Shown: positions 22,905-37,200 of the stretch, piece after piece
Layout of the letters: every line of letters starts with the position of its first letter
How positions within the stretch are numbered: the stretch's first letter is position 1
Assembly (NCBI GenBank): GCA_013239625.1
Contig: MU056050.1
Location: 7,234,773 to 7,298,772, forward strand
Origin: Lama guanicoe
Lineage: Eukaryota
Length of the DNA stretch: 64,000 nucleotides
Direction of reading: 5' to 3'
Translations under genes and position numbers: made by a program
The notes under the pieces: generated by a model
The model's input: only the letters and a program-made list of their open reading frames with translations
Database searches by the model: none
What the model was told of the DNA's origin: nothing

Positions 22905-24759
22905 GAATCTACAGCTGTGAAGACACATATAATTTTGACCATGGAACATAACCTAGTCATTAACTATATAGGTAAAGAATTTTCAAGAACATCCATTTAG
23001 CTAGAGCCATGTTTTCAAATCTAAGAATTTGGAATAAAATTCTGTCTTAGAATCATTCTGAAGTTTACTGTTTAAACAATTCCAGTGGTAAAGAATCTTT
23101 CTGTGAAGCAAATATTCACCTTTTTATATTATTTGAGTTAGCTTAGTTAGGTCTACCTTTAGGTCCATTGAGAAACTCTAAGGAATGTCTGGTTACAAGT
23201 GCAGTTGCATATAACACTGACAATACAAAGGCTCTTTCCCTTGACTCAATTTGTGGGATTTAAAAATTCTGTGATGAAATCATTACCCTATTTAGATGCT
23301 GTGATTATTCTGTGGTGACTGTCTGCTAATTAAAGAAGCATAAGAGCCACTAAGAGTAGTGTCAAGAATGCTGGGGATTTATTTATTTTCCTTGGGTAAA
23401 TGTAGAAAGCCTCTTTGATAGCATTTGCTGAGATTTAGGTGTACGCCACCAGCAAGGCAATGGGCTGTATTATCTATCTTCCTTAATGGATAGTACTTGC
23501 TCTTTAATTAACAGCTCAAAGCACTTTTTGGTTTGGGCTTGATTTTCTAATCCCACTGAAATACAGTGATCTGGGCACAGCAGTGGTAACTCTGTAGGGG
23601 AGAAAATTCAAAGTCCACCTACTAATCAGGTAATGTGCTAAGCTCCTGTAACACCCCAATCACCACTCAGGATGGAGAAAAAGAAACTTCCAAGTAAAAA
23701 GATTCAAGATAACTGGGAATATAAAGAACTCTAATCTCTGGTAATGGAAAAGGAGGAGCTTCTAGCAATTCTAATTACAACTAAGCACCCACTCTGGGGA
23801 GCTGTGCTGGGGCAATCAGCATTAAGATCAAAGTCACTGCTGATCTTTGAGAAGTGAGGCATGGAGCAGCATAGAGGCCCTATAAACCACTTGCATGTTG
23901 CTTTTCAAAGGAGCATCACAGATCATTCAACTGGTTTGCCAGAATTTACGTACTGCAAGATCTTTGAGTTGATTTTATTAGACAGCCCAAGATTGAAGGT
24001 CCCCTAGACAATCAGCAGGGGTTGGATATATTTTAATGTAATCCCAACTCATTGGAAGTAATCAGAAGGCCAGCAAATCTTTATTGATTCTAAATTTATC
24101 CACTTTCTCTAATTTTCTTTATAGAACCCAGGCCTAGGGGTCAAAATGAGTTCAGCCTGTTTTGAGATAGTAAAATGAAAAAAATGCTCTTTTTAAATTT
24201 TGGCTCCTGGGTGCCTTCCCATGTGCCTGCACACAGAGAGCAGATGACATTTCACCATTTATTCCACGTTCACTGTTATTTCACAGTAGATGAAAAATGC
24301 AACCTCTCCATACAGAAGGTCTATCAGCTCAAGTGAAAAATCTTGACAGAATTGGCTTCTCTGGAGAGAGGGTCCTGCCCTCTTCTTATATTACCAACTG
24401 AGAACTGTTAATTGGAAATGCAATAAATCTGTGATAGCCACCCTGCGATAAAAAGTAACCGTGTTCCAGAGAGCTTTCTTTTGTCATGTCTCTGACTTCT
24501 AGGAATCAGAGGATGTTGCTTCTAGGACAATGGGGTACTCACTTACCATTTATCTTTAGTTCACTGGTGCACAGTCAGCTCCTTTCTAGTTTGATCCATT
24601 GGATTTTTAGACCAGAACTGATTTTGCCTAGTCTAGATCAGAAAGGTTAAGTTACTTACCTGGATCTCATAGCTATTTAGTGATGGAGATATGGGATATG
24701 AAACCAGGCCTATGTTACTTTGGGACTCTTAATTATTATACCATATTGTAGGAGTCAAA

Positions 24760-25830
24760 GTCAAAGAGACAATGTGAGAGAGTCAGAGCAGATCATGAAG
24801 GTCCTTCTGTGCCATTAAACAGACTTTGGCCTTTATTGTGAGTAACATAGGGTCCATTAAAGGGTTTTGAGTAGAGAAGGGACATGATCTGACTTAGGTT
24901 TTTAAAAGGATCTCTCTGCCTGCTTTCTTGAGAATAGACTGTAGGCGCAAGGGTGAAAGAAGAAGAACAATTCAAAGGTTATTGCAATATCTGCAACATT
25001 GCAATTGCAGAAAATGTATTATGGTGGATATAAACTGGGTCATAGCAGTAATTATCATGAGACTATTAGAATTCTAGATGTATATTTTAAGGTAGACCTG
25101 ATAAGAGTTTTCTAGTAGATTAAATATGGTGTTTGAGGGAAATAGAGTAGTTAAAGATTACCTTTAAGTTGTGACTGAGCAATGGAAAGGATGCAGCTGT
25201 CATTATCTGAGATGGAGACGGATACTAGTGTAAGTTTGGGGGCTAATAGTAGGAGTTTTGTTTTGGACCTATTAAATTTGAGATATCTACTTGACATCTA
25301 AGTAGAGATATTAAATAGGCAGTTGGATATGAGTTTGGGGTTCAGAGGGAAGCTCTGAGCTAAAAACATAATTTAGGGTATCACTGGCATACAGATAGCT
25401 TTTTTTTAGCCATGAGATTGTATGAAATCATCAAAGGTATGAAAACAGACACAGAAGAGGTCCAAGGACTGAGCCATGGGGCTCTCCAATCATAAGAAGT
25501 CAGGGAAAACAGAAGGTTATCAGCAAAGGAGGCAGAGAAGGAACAACCAGTGTGGAGGGGAAAAAAACCCCAATATTGTGGTGTCCTGGAAGCCAAGTAA
25601 AGAAAGTACATCAATGAGTAAGGCGTAATCAACTGTGTCATATATGGCTACTAGATCAATAAGGAAGATAACTGAGAACTGACCACTGGATTTAGTATTG
25701 TAAGGCCATTAGTGATCTTAAACAAGGGACATTTAGGGGTGGGGCGAAAGCACAAATGAAGAAGATTTAAGAGATGAGGAGAACTGGAAACAGCTAGTAA
25801 AGATTAAGTCTTTTGAGGACTTTTGCTGCT
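24760..25830 (-). mobile_element. L2 (L2a-like) fragment
   Basis: cagatcatgaagg, ggacatgatctgacttaggtttttaaaaggatc, gactgagcaatggaaaggatg, actgagaactgaccactggatttag. Confidence 0.8.
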
Positions 25831-26257
25831 AAGAGGTGTACAGAATGCAAACTTCTCTTTCTCTTTTAAATTTTGAGATGTTAGAATTCCTTAGGGTGCT
25901 CTTTGCTTGGTCATCCTCCTCCTTGATGTATGTAATCTCTCTGGTGGTCATTCTAATACCTTCAAATGACCTAATGTTTCAAGAAGGGTGAAGGAGTCAT
26001 TAGTTCTAAACATGGCAGATAAGCTAATTAAAGATTAAAAACTATCTCTTGGATTTAGCACCTAATATTTTAGTGGAAATGCATTAGAACGAGTAACTAC
26101 TGTTCTAATTTCAGTACCTTCCACATGGAAGTGTTTGGGAGAAAGTAGGCTTGGAGTTGGGTTGGAGAGGAGAGTAAGATTAGGAAGCAACTGAACTTGA
26201 CTAAATGGTGGGTAAATGGCAAGTAGAAATGATAGATTGAAGATGGTCACATAATGC

Positions 26258-26744
26258 TGTAGAGGTAGACAAATTAGGATCACTAAGACACAGCATTGCT
26301 CACCACCCAGTTCTACAAGGATTAAGTCATTGGCCTGCAGTCGCTGACCAACAGTGCACCCTGAGAGGAATTAAGGATGAAAAGAAGAATGAGGCCCTAT
26401 GGGCTTTGGACAAGCAGGCCCCATGAACAGTTAGATGTATATCTCAGGAAGAATTTTAATGGCCCCAGATTCTTGCAGCTTCCCATACATAAGAAAGCAC
26501 TAAAATCATTAACTTCAGAGATCTAGTCTTTGTGATTAGCAGTAATCATTTACTAAGATGTATGCTCAACTGCATGTATTTCCTAGCCAAAAATCACAGA
26601 TGAACTGGCCTCCCCCTACCTGTTTGGAGTAGTTTTACTCAGAGCAAACTGAGTAGCTATCTCTCATGCTCTAGTCCTCAGCAAGACCCTGAATAAAACT
26701 AAAACTCACAACTCTTACGTTGTGTGTCTTTCTTTAAGCTGACA
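26258..26744 (+). mobile_element. Solo LTR, ERV1-like (MER34/MER39-type ends), inserted in an L2 remnant
   Basis: tgtagag...ttaagctgaca termini, AATAAA ~50 nt before the end, near-TSD atgc/aagc. Confidence 0.7.
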
Positions 26745-29319
26745 AAGCAGACCAGTGAAAGACTTTCAAAGTCCAGGATTTGGACTCTGAATCTGTGGGC
26801 AATGGGAGCCCCAGGACTTTTAGAGTTCTGTATGTGAGACCAGCACCTGGATGAAATGTAGGTGTGAGAGAGGGGAAGGAATTAATGGTAAAGATACTTT
26901 CTAATGAAGCAACAAGACAGAAGCAGATCACATGGGTGCATAAAGAGACTGTGAGAGTCCCTAAATCGCAGGACCTTATTGCTGAGAAGCCACTGAATGG
27001 AAAAGAATATACCAGAGACAGACAGGAGTAAGTACTAGGGTTTATAGTCAAGGCCTTTTAAGACAGGGTTGGTGGGCTCTGGAGAAGATAAGTCAATCAA
27101 ACCAAATCCCTACTCTTCCAATCACACCTGCTCTTTCCATCTCACCTTCACAGAGTCTTGGGGCTGTTAACAAAAAATGGCACTTTTGCATGCTCTCAGC
27201 AGAGAACTAAGGGAGGCTTCTCTATTAGTGTTTCCCTGCCCAAGTAACCTGAGCCCTCTTTCAACAAAATTCAAGTTCTGAAAAGGAAATAGAATACCAG
27301 TTTATGCTGTCAGGAGTGTTATATTTTGAATTCAATTCCAAAGCAAGATTTCTTCCCAGAAGCCACCACATTACAGGCACTAATTGCCCTGTCAGCATTC
27401 TTTAATACAAAAATGAAGAACTAAAAGATTGAGCCATGAAGCTAAAATGCTTCCCTCTCCCTATGTGGAACTTCCAACTCAGAATTATGAAGGCATGGCT
27501 GTAGGTGGGGAAAGATAAATGTATTTAAAAGGTGTGTTTCTGCTTGTTTTACTAAAGACTATCAAAAGTTAGAGCCTCTTTAAGCCATATATGTCTATAT
27601 TCATTTAAAGACTGCTCAACAACATGGTCTATGTGTTACACACAGAAGTGTGGGTGCCATTTTTGGTAAATTCAGAGACAGCATCCTGTAAAGTCATCTC
27701 TTGCACTCAGCCTAGACATTACAGGTTATGAACCATCCTGTTTGATTACACCTGATTGAGACAATGAAAGCCTAGTGCAGGCTGATTATGCGATAAATGA
27801 ATGATTAAATCAGCAGGATTCTACCTTTATATAAGCAGGAGGTGTTAACCCTGGCAATGCCTAAATTCATGGATTTTTGAAGTGAAAAAAGGTAGTATCA
27901 AGTATGCACAACTTTCTCTAAGAAGAAAGGGGAAAAAGTCCATCACCCATTTGTAGGGATAGTGGCACTAAGAGTAAGAGACAATGGTACAACAGTGTTG
28001 CTCATTCACCTAAGCACTAAACACAAATCCAGGAATGGCCACTTGAGTTGGCAGGTGAGGCCTAACAGAGCCATCTTATTCTTCATTTCCCAATTCTCCT
28101 GTTACATGCTAGCTCTTCTCTCAATCTGGTCCCCTGACATGATAGCCTTCTAGATTTCTTATTGTTCTGGAAGGAAGTATGCTACCAACAACCAAACTCA
28201 AAGATCTTCAGAAGGCACTGAGAATATTTTTCATTAGGAAAAGGGGACAAGATAACTTGTCCAACCAACCCTGATTGATTTTAAAATCCTCTTGGTTATG
28301 AGCAGACCATGCCAAATAGAATATGCGTCCCTGCCAGGGCTTGATTCCATGATTAACTGATTCCTATGTAAGGTGGGAGATGAAATAGTTGTCTGAAGTC
28401 CCACGTCAAAGGTTCATGTTTATCATGATCAGGCAAGTTCATTTGCTCTATGGCCTGAACCACTGAGTGTGTCACTTAACAAACAGCTTTAATCCCTCAG
28501 CCCTGTAGTGGTGGATTCCTTAAATAGGCCATCCAGCACCACTAGAACTGTGGGAAAAGCTTTAATGAGGTTTGGGTCATGTGCAGAAATAGCTACTGAT
28601 CATTTAAAGTAAATAAAACCCCATATAGATCTTGAAAAAAGTTTGACTCAATCATTACTGCTGCTGCATTTTAACTGACAAGTGACCACTGTAGCTTTGC
28701 AGATGTTTTTAAGGAAAAACCTATTCATTACTTACAAAGATAGATCCCTATATCATTTCCACATGAACTGCATTGACTCGATGGCTGAAAGGAGTTTGAC
28801 TCAGTCTTAGTATTCGTCTTTGCCCTCACAGTAAGTTGAAACTCATCTCACTGTCTATCACAACCCATCAACAAATAGCAGTAGTTTGAGTGGTGTGTGA
28901 ATAGCTGGTAGCAGTGAAGGATTTTTAGCATCAAATGTATATTCTCTTGTGCCTCAGGTAGGCTCAGAACACACTTTATTTCTGCCATCACAGCATCTAG
29001 GCCAGTTATGAAAAGGAGAGACTGCAAATGACAATGTTGAGCAGTTTGTGTCAGGTGCCTCCTTCTATACTAATGCACTTGAATTCCTTACCAGACGACA
29101 TTAGAAATGTTTTATCATTTGTACTGCAACCAACACACAGAAGTCTACTCTTCTGTGCATAAAATTCAGACCTGCTCAGTAAGAGAAAATTTTCCTGTTT
29201 TCTAGGTGAGGTTTCTGTACATAGATCTATGAAGCCCTTGGGTATTCTTTTGGAAAAGAAGAAAGTGTTCCTAGATACCAAAAGATTGGGACATGTGTGG
29301 AGAAAAAGCAGAATATTAC

Positions 29320-29475
29320 TTGGATTTGGAGGGAAGAGTGTGCAGCTTTTACAGTGTATGATCTCTTTTACTACTGGCATATCTGGTGGAATTGGAGGAG
29401 GTACTATTCCCAAGCCAGGCATCATCGGAGTTATTGGTGGAATTCCAGTCATCATTCCAAGAGCAGGATCAAAGT
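29320..29475 (-). CDS. ENOX2: ENOX2 coding exon (156 bp, phase 1-1): DFDPALGMMTGIPPITPMMPGLGIVPPPIPPDMPVVKEIIHCKSCTLFPPNP
   Basis: ORF 29051..29503. Long pyrimidine tract then tttag|AC; donor CCAA|gtaata. Confidence 0.98.
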
Positions 29476-29829
29476 CTAAAAAAGGAGAGGAAAGAGAGAG
29501 CAATAAATTACACCAGGCAAGGTCATGCAGAGGCAGAATGTTACCTTATAAGCTTCAAACCAAAGGTCTTCCTAAGACAGAGGCAAAATATTTAACAAAA
29601 CATGTTATTAGCATTACCAGGTCTTAAATATCATAATTATGCATTTTCCTATTGGGCTGTTCGTTTTCGTTTGACCAGTGCCTATTTGTCTCTACATCTC
29701 ATTTTGACATCCAAGGCTTTTTGTAATTGTCTACTGATCTTGCCCTCTGCAAGTTTCCAACACGCACCCTCTGCTCCATTCAGACAAAGCTTCTTGCTGT
29801 CCCTTGTAACACTTCCTGTCTTTCTGCAG

Positions 29830-30050
29830 TAAAGCATGGTGTTAAGCGCACACAGTTTTGGAGATCAGGCAGACCTGGGTCCCAGTTCTGCCATTTGCTT
29901 AGCAGGATGAACCTTTTGAACCTCCATTTCCTCATTTGCAAAACAGGATTAACTACCTGTTTTTATATGGAGCTGTTAGGAATAAACAAAATGATGAATG
30001 AAATGTGCCTAGCATAATGCATAGCACAAAAATGCTCAACAAATAACTAT
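29830..30050 (+). repeat. MIR
   Basis: agcatggtgttaagcgc...cagacctgggtccc...ttcctcatttgcaaaac...aatgctcaacaaat. Confidence 0.75.
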
Positions 30051-33000
30051 TCTCATGTTGTTCTCCGTGCCTGCCTGAAATCCTTTGAGCTTCCCCAAAT
30101 TCTCCCCATGCTTCGAGGCCTGGCTTCAAGTCCCACCCTCTCTGAAGAACACTTCCAGATAATTCTGGTTCATTCTTAACTCTGTGTCTGAAAACCGTTC
30201 TACGATTGTTGCCACTGAATTTTATTTTGTATCATCTTTTGTTTCATTCAACGATGCTTCTAGGACATGTGGGGGATCCAAACAAATATTTTTGTGGGGC
30301 TTGTCTAAATACACATCTTGAGTCATCTTAAAATCACCATCAACACTATTCTGGTAGCCCAACCTCATGTGATACCATGAAACAAATACCATACCAGCCA
30401 GCTGGAATGATTTGCTTGCCAGAATATTCTCCTGGAACCAAGACTCTGGGAGAACTCAATAAGCATGAGTTCAGAAGCTTCTTGGGGCATCTAGTTGACT
30501 CCACATGTGGGGTAGAGGATTGAAGAGTGCCTCAAAGGGGAGAGAGGGGGTCTGGGGTCCACATAGGTTCAATTTTAGATTGGGGCTCCTTACGTAGCTG
30601 ACACTGCAAGCCTTGGTCAGTCGAGACACTGGAGGGGAACACAGAAAATTTTGAGAAAGATGCTTCTTGCCATCAAGACCCACAAAGAACCTCCTCTGGA
30701 TTTGGGGCACTTGCCCTGATGGTGCTATCTACCTGGCCAGTCCTCAGCACTGGAGGGGGACTTAGAAAATATTGAGACAGTCATTCCAAAGCATGGGACC
30801 CCTGAAGTGAGGGCCCATTGCAGGGGCCCCACTTGCTTAGGTCTAAGGGCAGTACACTGTTTACATTTTGTCTCTATATCAAAATGCAAGTTACTTGAAA
30901 AAAAAAGAAGTGCATTCTATTTCATTTCCCCGTCTCTCACCCCTGCCCTCTGTTACAGAATGCATGGTGTACTGCAAAGTATTGTATAAGGACTTCTGAT
31001 AATGTTGGGGTAGTTGTGACAACAGTAGCAGGTCCTAGTCCCCCCAACTTTACCTTGCTCACCACTTACGCCTGAGGGCAGTGCCTTTAACCATGTCCTT
31101 CAGGTGGCTCTGAATCCCCTGAGTAGCTCTCTAAGATGTGGAAAGAGGAGTATCTAAACAGTGAGAAAAGTCTGCAATTCATACAGAAGCAGAACTTTGG
31201 GTATAATGGGCCCAGGAGGAAGGAGTCTTGTAACTGGGCAGATAGGTGGGTGGGTGGCACCTGGGCATCCCCCATTGCAAGCCAGCCCAAGAGAGCTAGG
31301 GCATTCCCCATCCTCCCACATGCCTGTCATGCTGAGACTCCAAGACCTTGAATATATTTGGGGAGGAAATATTTTCTTCTAAGAAGAAATTTTATTTTTC
31401 TGAAAACAAATTTACTTTTAGCCCCCATATGTTATCTCACCCAACATGCAAATACACACGCGTGCCTTCCTTCCCTTCCTCCCTGTGACTCTTACCTCTC
31501 TACTGTTCCCCATATGCTAGTTATATGACCTTGAGGGACGTTTCTTAATATCTGTGTGCCTCCATCTCCTTTTTGGTAAAAGTAGGAATAAATAATGACG
31601 TTTAGCTCAAAGAATGGAAGGCTAGAACTGATAATGAAAACCTCTGGTATGATAGGTGGTGGTCCTGATAGTTTCCCTCATTCCAGTCAAAACATGCATA
31701 CACACACTAATAAATTCACTGATTCAGGCATTCACTTCCACATCCCACAAACACTTGTGATAGTCTCCTGTATGTCAGGCTCTATGCAGGTGGGGGCAGG
31801 GGGCCTAGGTCTTTTTTTCCATCTTGCAGAACTTAAAGCCTCTGACATTCTGTGCTCCTATGCTGTAGAACAGGAACTGTGGTTAAGAATGCTGTTTGTG
31901 TCTTTGGAAAATTTAATTCCTTGTATATAAGTCTTTGGAAAAATTGTTAGCATTATCTCCCCCATTTACAAACTGTTAATTTTCAGTAGGGAAAGATCAG
32001 ATTAGATTGTGTGCCAACTAAACAATCCCATACATTTTCCCCCTCCTACTGAAATGTTTGTCTTCCTTTTATTGTTCTGCCTGCCTCCTCATTGTTATTC
32101 ATATAGTTCTGTCACTCACAGCTCTACCTTACCACAGATTACAGAAATATCAGTTCATTAAACAAGTTCTGCCACTTCGACTGAGAAAGAAACGCCTGTC
32201 TCCATGTACTGTCTACTAATAAATGGAGACAAACAAAAAACAAATACACAAGATAAATTTAACTCCTGACTGATGTACTCACCACTCGGCTGTTTGGTGT
32301 GATTACATTAATATTTTATGAAATTCACTTAAAAGCAAGTATATTCATGACATATGGCTAAAGCCAGCATAGATAAACTCCCTTTCTTCCTTATGTTCAA
32401 TATGCCAACAGTTCATAGGTACACTGCCCAGAAGGGCTTGCTAGAGGGCAGGTTGTACATTGTACATGATATTTCAAGGGCTCCTATCACATTTATTATT
32501 TCTTTTGTTTATCTGCAACCATTAAGCACCAAAGTAGACCTGAATTTCCAATACCAACCAAGAAAATAACCATTTGAAATCATAGCTCTCAGACAGTATT
32601 TTCAGAATCTGGAAAAAAAAAATCAAAGAAATTCAACAATTTAAAATATATTGGGAGTAGACCCGATAAATTCTCTCCCTTTTCCAGACCCTGCTCTGCC
32701 TTGAGGAGTACAGCCTACAAGTGCATATTACGTCTTATGTTGGGAATTCAAACTTCTGAATGAGATTTGAAATCATTTTATAAAAGGGTTGTGGAAAAGG
32801 CCAAGGTATTCGCCCAAAGTCCTTCCACAATAAATATGCTGTTCTGTTTTGCTTTTACTGTCTCTTCTTCTAACACCCTTCCCCTGCCCCCTTCTTGACT
32901 CTTGGCATGGCCATTGGTGGAAGTGTCATAAGATGTTGGTTTTTAGTCCCTCTTCTGATTTATGTACTTTCCAAAGTCCCAGCTTACTGGAAATGCTGCA

Positions 33001-33389
33001 AATGCTGTGTGTTAGTTGGGCCAGCTTGCTCCTCCAAGTTGCAGCTCTATTAACATGATTTCAAGTAATGTTTCAGTATAGCCTTAAGCTTTCCTGCTGC
33101 CTAGCAACTTTCACTTAACTCAACCTAGAGTAGTTATGTAGCAATGTTATCATCCTTCATTCTCTGTGCACATCTGAGCCACGGAGCTACAACTGAGGCA
33201 ACTGTTATGTCTGTGCTGCCACCCAGTCACCCTTATGTCTATCCATTTATATGTCCTTCAATACTTTGATGCCAGGCCCTCTGCAGGTGTGGGTTGAGGG
33301 AATGAGTAACACAGAATCATTAACCTCATAGTTTAGTTTGGAAACAGCCACACTGTTAAATAACTACAATGCTTTATTATCAATTATCA

Positions 33390-33622
33390 CTTTGTTTATT
33401 GCGTGCTTACAATGTGCTAGGAGCTATGCTAAGCATTTTATATAATCTCATTCCAAAAGACCTGTGGTCTAGGTACTGTTATTATCCTTCATTTTATAAA
33501 TAAAGAAACTGGGGCTCAGAAAGGTTTAGTTACTTGCCCAAGGTTACACAGCCAGTAAGAGGCAAGACCTAGGATTCAAATCCAGGTTGGTATAACTCTA
33601 ATGTTCTTAACTATAGCACTGC
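33390..33622 (-). repeat. MIR
   Basis: cattttataaataaagaaactggggctcagaaaggtttagttacttgcccaaggttacacagc. Confidence 0.8.
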
Positions 33623-33747
33623 CTTTCAATGTAGTATGACAATTGTTTTAATCAGTTAATTTAATTACAGGTATAAGGTGAAGCAGGTATGCTGAAAAGC
33701 ATGGCAGATGAACAACAAAATACTTTTACATAATTCCATTTTCCAAG

Positions 33748-34288
33748 TGTGGTGGATTAAAGGTGGATATAAATTCTTTGATTCCCCTCCTAACTGTGGT
33801 GAAGTCTATGCCCCACTCCCTTAAGGATCTGAATGGGCTCTAGAACTACTTCGACCAATAAAATATGGAAAGAAGGGATGTTGTATCCATTTTCTTGCCC
33901 AAGCCTTAAGAGAGATAAAATTTCCATTTGTCTCTGGAAACACTTGCTATGAGAGCTTCAGTCACAATGTAACATGTCTGACTACCATTCTAGAGAGATG
34001 ACGTGCAGAGGGCCTTAGTGTAAATGGGAAGGGAGGAGCCCAGCTGAGCCCAGTGTTTTATCTGTCCCTGCCAAGGTGCAATGCATATGAATGAAGTTGT
34101 CTTGGAACTTCCAGACTAGCCCACCACAGCTGAGGCATCCCAGTTGATACCATATGGAACAGGATTGCCCATTTAAGTACTTCCTCAATTTCTTCATCCA
34201 GAAAAATCTTTACAATGTAATAAAGTGATTGTGTTTTAAGTCACTAAATTATAATGTGTTGGTCATGCAGCAATAGGTAAGCAGAATA
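33748..34288 (+). mobile_element. MaLR solo LTR (MLT1H-like)
   Basis: Starts tgtggtggattaaaggtgg...aaattctttga and ends gttttaagtcactaaat...tgcagcaataggtaagcagaata. Confidence 0.8.
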
Positions 34289-37200
34289 TGCAGCATGCCT
34301 GAGGAGTGGGGTGTGACTGGTTAGTAGAGTTAGCTGTTTTCAAATAATGAAAATAGAAAGTACACCAAGCAGCCACCTAGATTGACATTATTTTTCTGAT
34401 TATTGAAATGGTGCTTTGGGACCCAGCAGGGCCCCAGAGCCACTGCCTTCAGCAATTGTTGTCACTGTACTATTGCTGTGAGGGGAGGGCCAGTTGGGAC
34501 AATGCCAGATGATGGACATTCTACCAGATGTACTAGGACTACAGATACCTACAAAACACTAGAAACTTTAGAGGTTGCCCATCTTTGATCCGTGACAAAG
34601 ACACCACATGTGCCAATTTTATGGTTCACCCCTTCATATTTTCTGACAGGCCAGATCACAATGGCTTCTTTCTGTACCTCTACTTATGCAGCAGAGAAGG
34701 AGGATGGTGTCCATAATACTACTGTCTGTTAACTGAGTGTATATGAATTTCCAAGTTTTATACACATCATCTCATTTAAACTTCACAACAATCCTAAGGA
34801 ATGGACAATATTATTATTCCCTATTTTACAGATGATGAAATTGAAGCTTATAAAGCTAATACAGTAAGGCCACACAGTAGGTGGCTTTTACTAGCTATAC
34901 TCTCAATCATTAGTTTCCTCTGTTTCTCACAAATTCCATGGGTCCACAGGAAAAAAAAAAGATGCTTCTTGTCAGATTAAGCTCTGTACTTAACCTGTAG
35001 TGGCCTTCAAATGTTTCTACCCAAGAGGCTACCTTAGGTTTGCTTACCTCTACACCTAGAATTTCCAGTTGAGATACTCAATGTATATATTGTCACAGAG
35101 TTAGATAATTTAGAGGCCTCTGTTTTAAATCTAAAGTCTCAACTTTAACCCACAGGAGAAGTTGGAATTGTGGCAATGTATGAACTGGAGGTAGGCCTAT
35201 TTAGGAGTTATATGTTTACTATCCTGCTTGCCTTTTCAGAACTGGACCCTGGTTGCGGCTGTTTGGAGGCCCCTTCATACCCTCAGAAAGGCTCTGCCTA
35301 CACTTAGTGACTTCTCCTCATCCAAGTCGCCCCCAAGTCCATTAAAGGCATTTCCTATCTTTTAGGTATTCCAGAGACCCTTTGAGCACCAGGAAGTAGT
35401 TTGTACTCACAGCAAAATCACTGAAATGCAACTATAGATTAGTCCAAAATAAGTGTTCCAAATAGGATCTAATTATATATGCATAATTAAGCTTTTTATA
35501 GAAAATTATGATTCCAGTTCAGGTATATTATTGTTATTTCTTTAGAGTTCCTACAAAATTCATTGGAAAATTAAGAATTATGCTTGGGCATTGAGAAATT
35601 TTAACTCACAACAGTCCTGACTATTTCCTCTCTATGCAGATCCTTGAAAAGACTTCAGGTAGCCAACTTGAAGAGGGAACACAGATGATTTTGAACTTAC
35701 CACAAGCCCTCTTGGAAACAGAATACAAGTTTTTAAGTTTTTGCATAATGACTCTCAAAACCTAACAATATCTGTTCTGCTTCTCCAGAAGATCATCAAC
35801 ACCCTTATTTCAGGCCAGTTGGAAAGTTGAGGCAGAGCCTGGTTCATGTACAAACGATGCAGCAAGCTGGGCTTGGGTGGGTTATGTGGCATAATTTCAG
35901 TTCATAAAGACTTTCCCTATAAATCTCAACCCTGGTCCCAAATTTCAACCAGTGAAGCTTTGTTTCTTTAGTATAAGTTTTTGCAAATATCTATTTTTCT
36001 AGGCGACCTTCCCCATAGTCCTCCCTTTGTGTTTTTGCCTTTTTAGAACATTTGACAGATTCAGGGTCATGCCCTTGACTCTCATCTAGGGATGCTGTGA
36101 ATACCTCTGAAAGGGCATTAGTGAGGACATTTCACACTACATTTTTGGCTCCTAGATTTCTGGACTTTAGAGATGAATAAAATAAAATTATATATATATA
36201 TATATTTTTTTAAGATCGCCAACCTCTTAATTTGCTGAGAAAAGACATGGGAAAAATAACAAAAGTTCTCCAGGTAACATACACACAATTCATAAAAGAC
36301 AGAACATTTTAAAACCAAAAATATAGAAAATCTATAATCTCTGCATGAAGAACAGTCCATTCAATTGAGCAAATTTAGCTTCATGAAAAATTCACTATAT
36401 TCTTAGTTTTTACATTTTGCAGTAGACTAGGAAAAGCAGTATCAACTGGTCCTGGGCTATACTTAGTGTACACCCCTATATATGAAGATCCCTGTGAAAA
36501 AATTCTTTCAGAACTAAAGTGTCAAACACATACACACACAAGTGTTAAGGACCATGAAATTTTTGACTTCTCTCGAGGATTGGTATATTTTCTCTTTGGG
36601 GAAAATGCAAATTATATAACTGATCAGGTTTCCTTTTTTGTTTTGGCTACCTGGTCACAGGTGCAGTTCAGCTTTAGAAACTGGGTGGGATCCTATGACC
36701 TATACATCTGAATTCTAATTAACCTCCCTACCTGGTCTTCACCTTCTATTCTCATTTATATTTTGATGATGGTTTATTTCACTTGTAACTTTTCTCTTTT
36801 ACTGTAATCTTTTTTATAAGCTGCCTCAAAAACTTTGTGGAATAGGGTAATAGAGTCCAACTCAATATTTAACCATGTTCCCATACTGTATAGTCTTGTA
36901 TATCTTCCAGTTTTGGGGTCATTGGTGTACCATTTCCTTTGCCTGGACTGTTCTTAGTTCCTTTTTTTCACCTGATGCCTTCCTATATATCTCTGGACGC
37001 TGAGTTCAAATGTTGCCACTTCTGTGAGCCTTCCCTGATCACCACTACCTACCTAACACCCGCCATCACATCCTGGCTAAAACAATACTTTTCTACATAT
37101 ATCAACTATGAAACTTGCTACATTGTAGTGTAGTGATATGGACTTTGCTGCCTCTACTACTGGACTCTGAACTTGAAGGCAAGGATTGAGCCATGCCCAT

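Noticed and set aside
29229..29627. 132-aa Gly/Ile-rich plus-strand ORF
   Set aside because: Mirror of the Pro-rich ENOX2 exon (CCN codons read as Gly on the other strand); no independent support.
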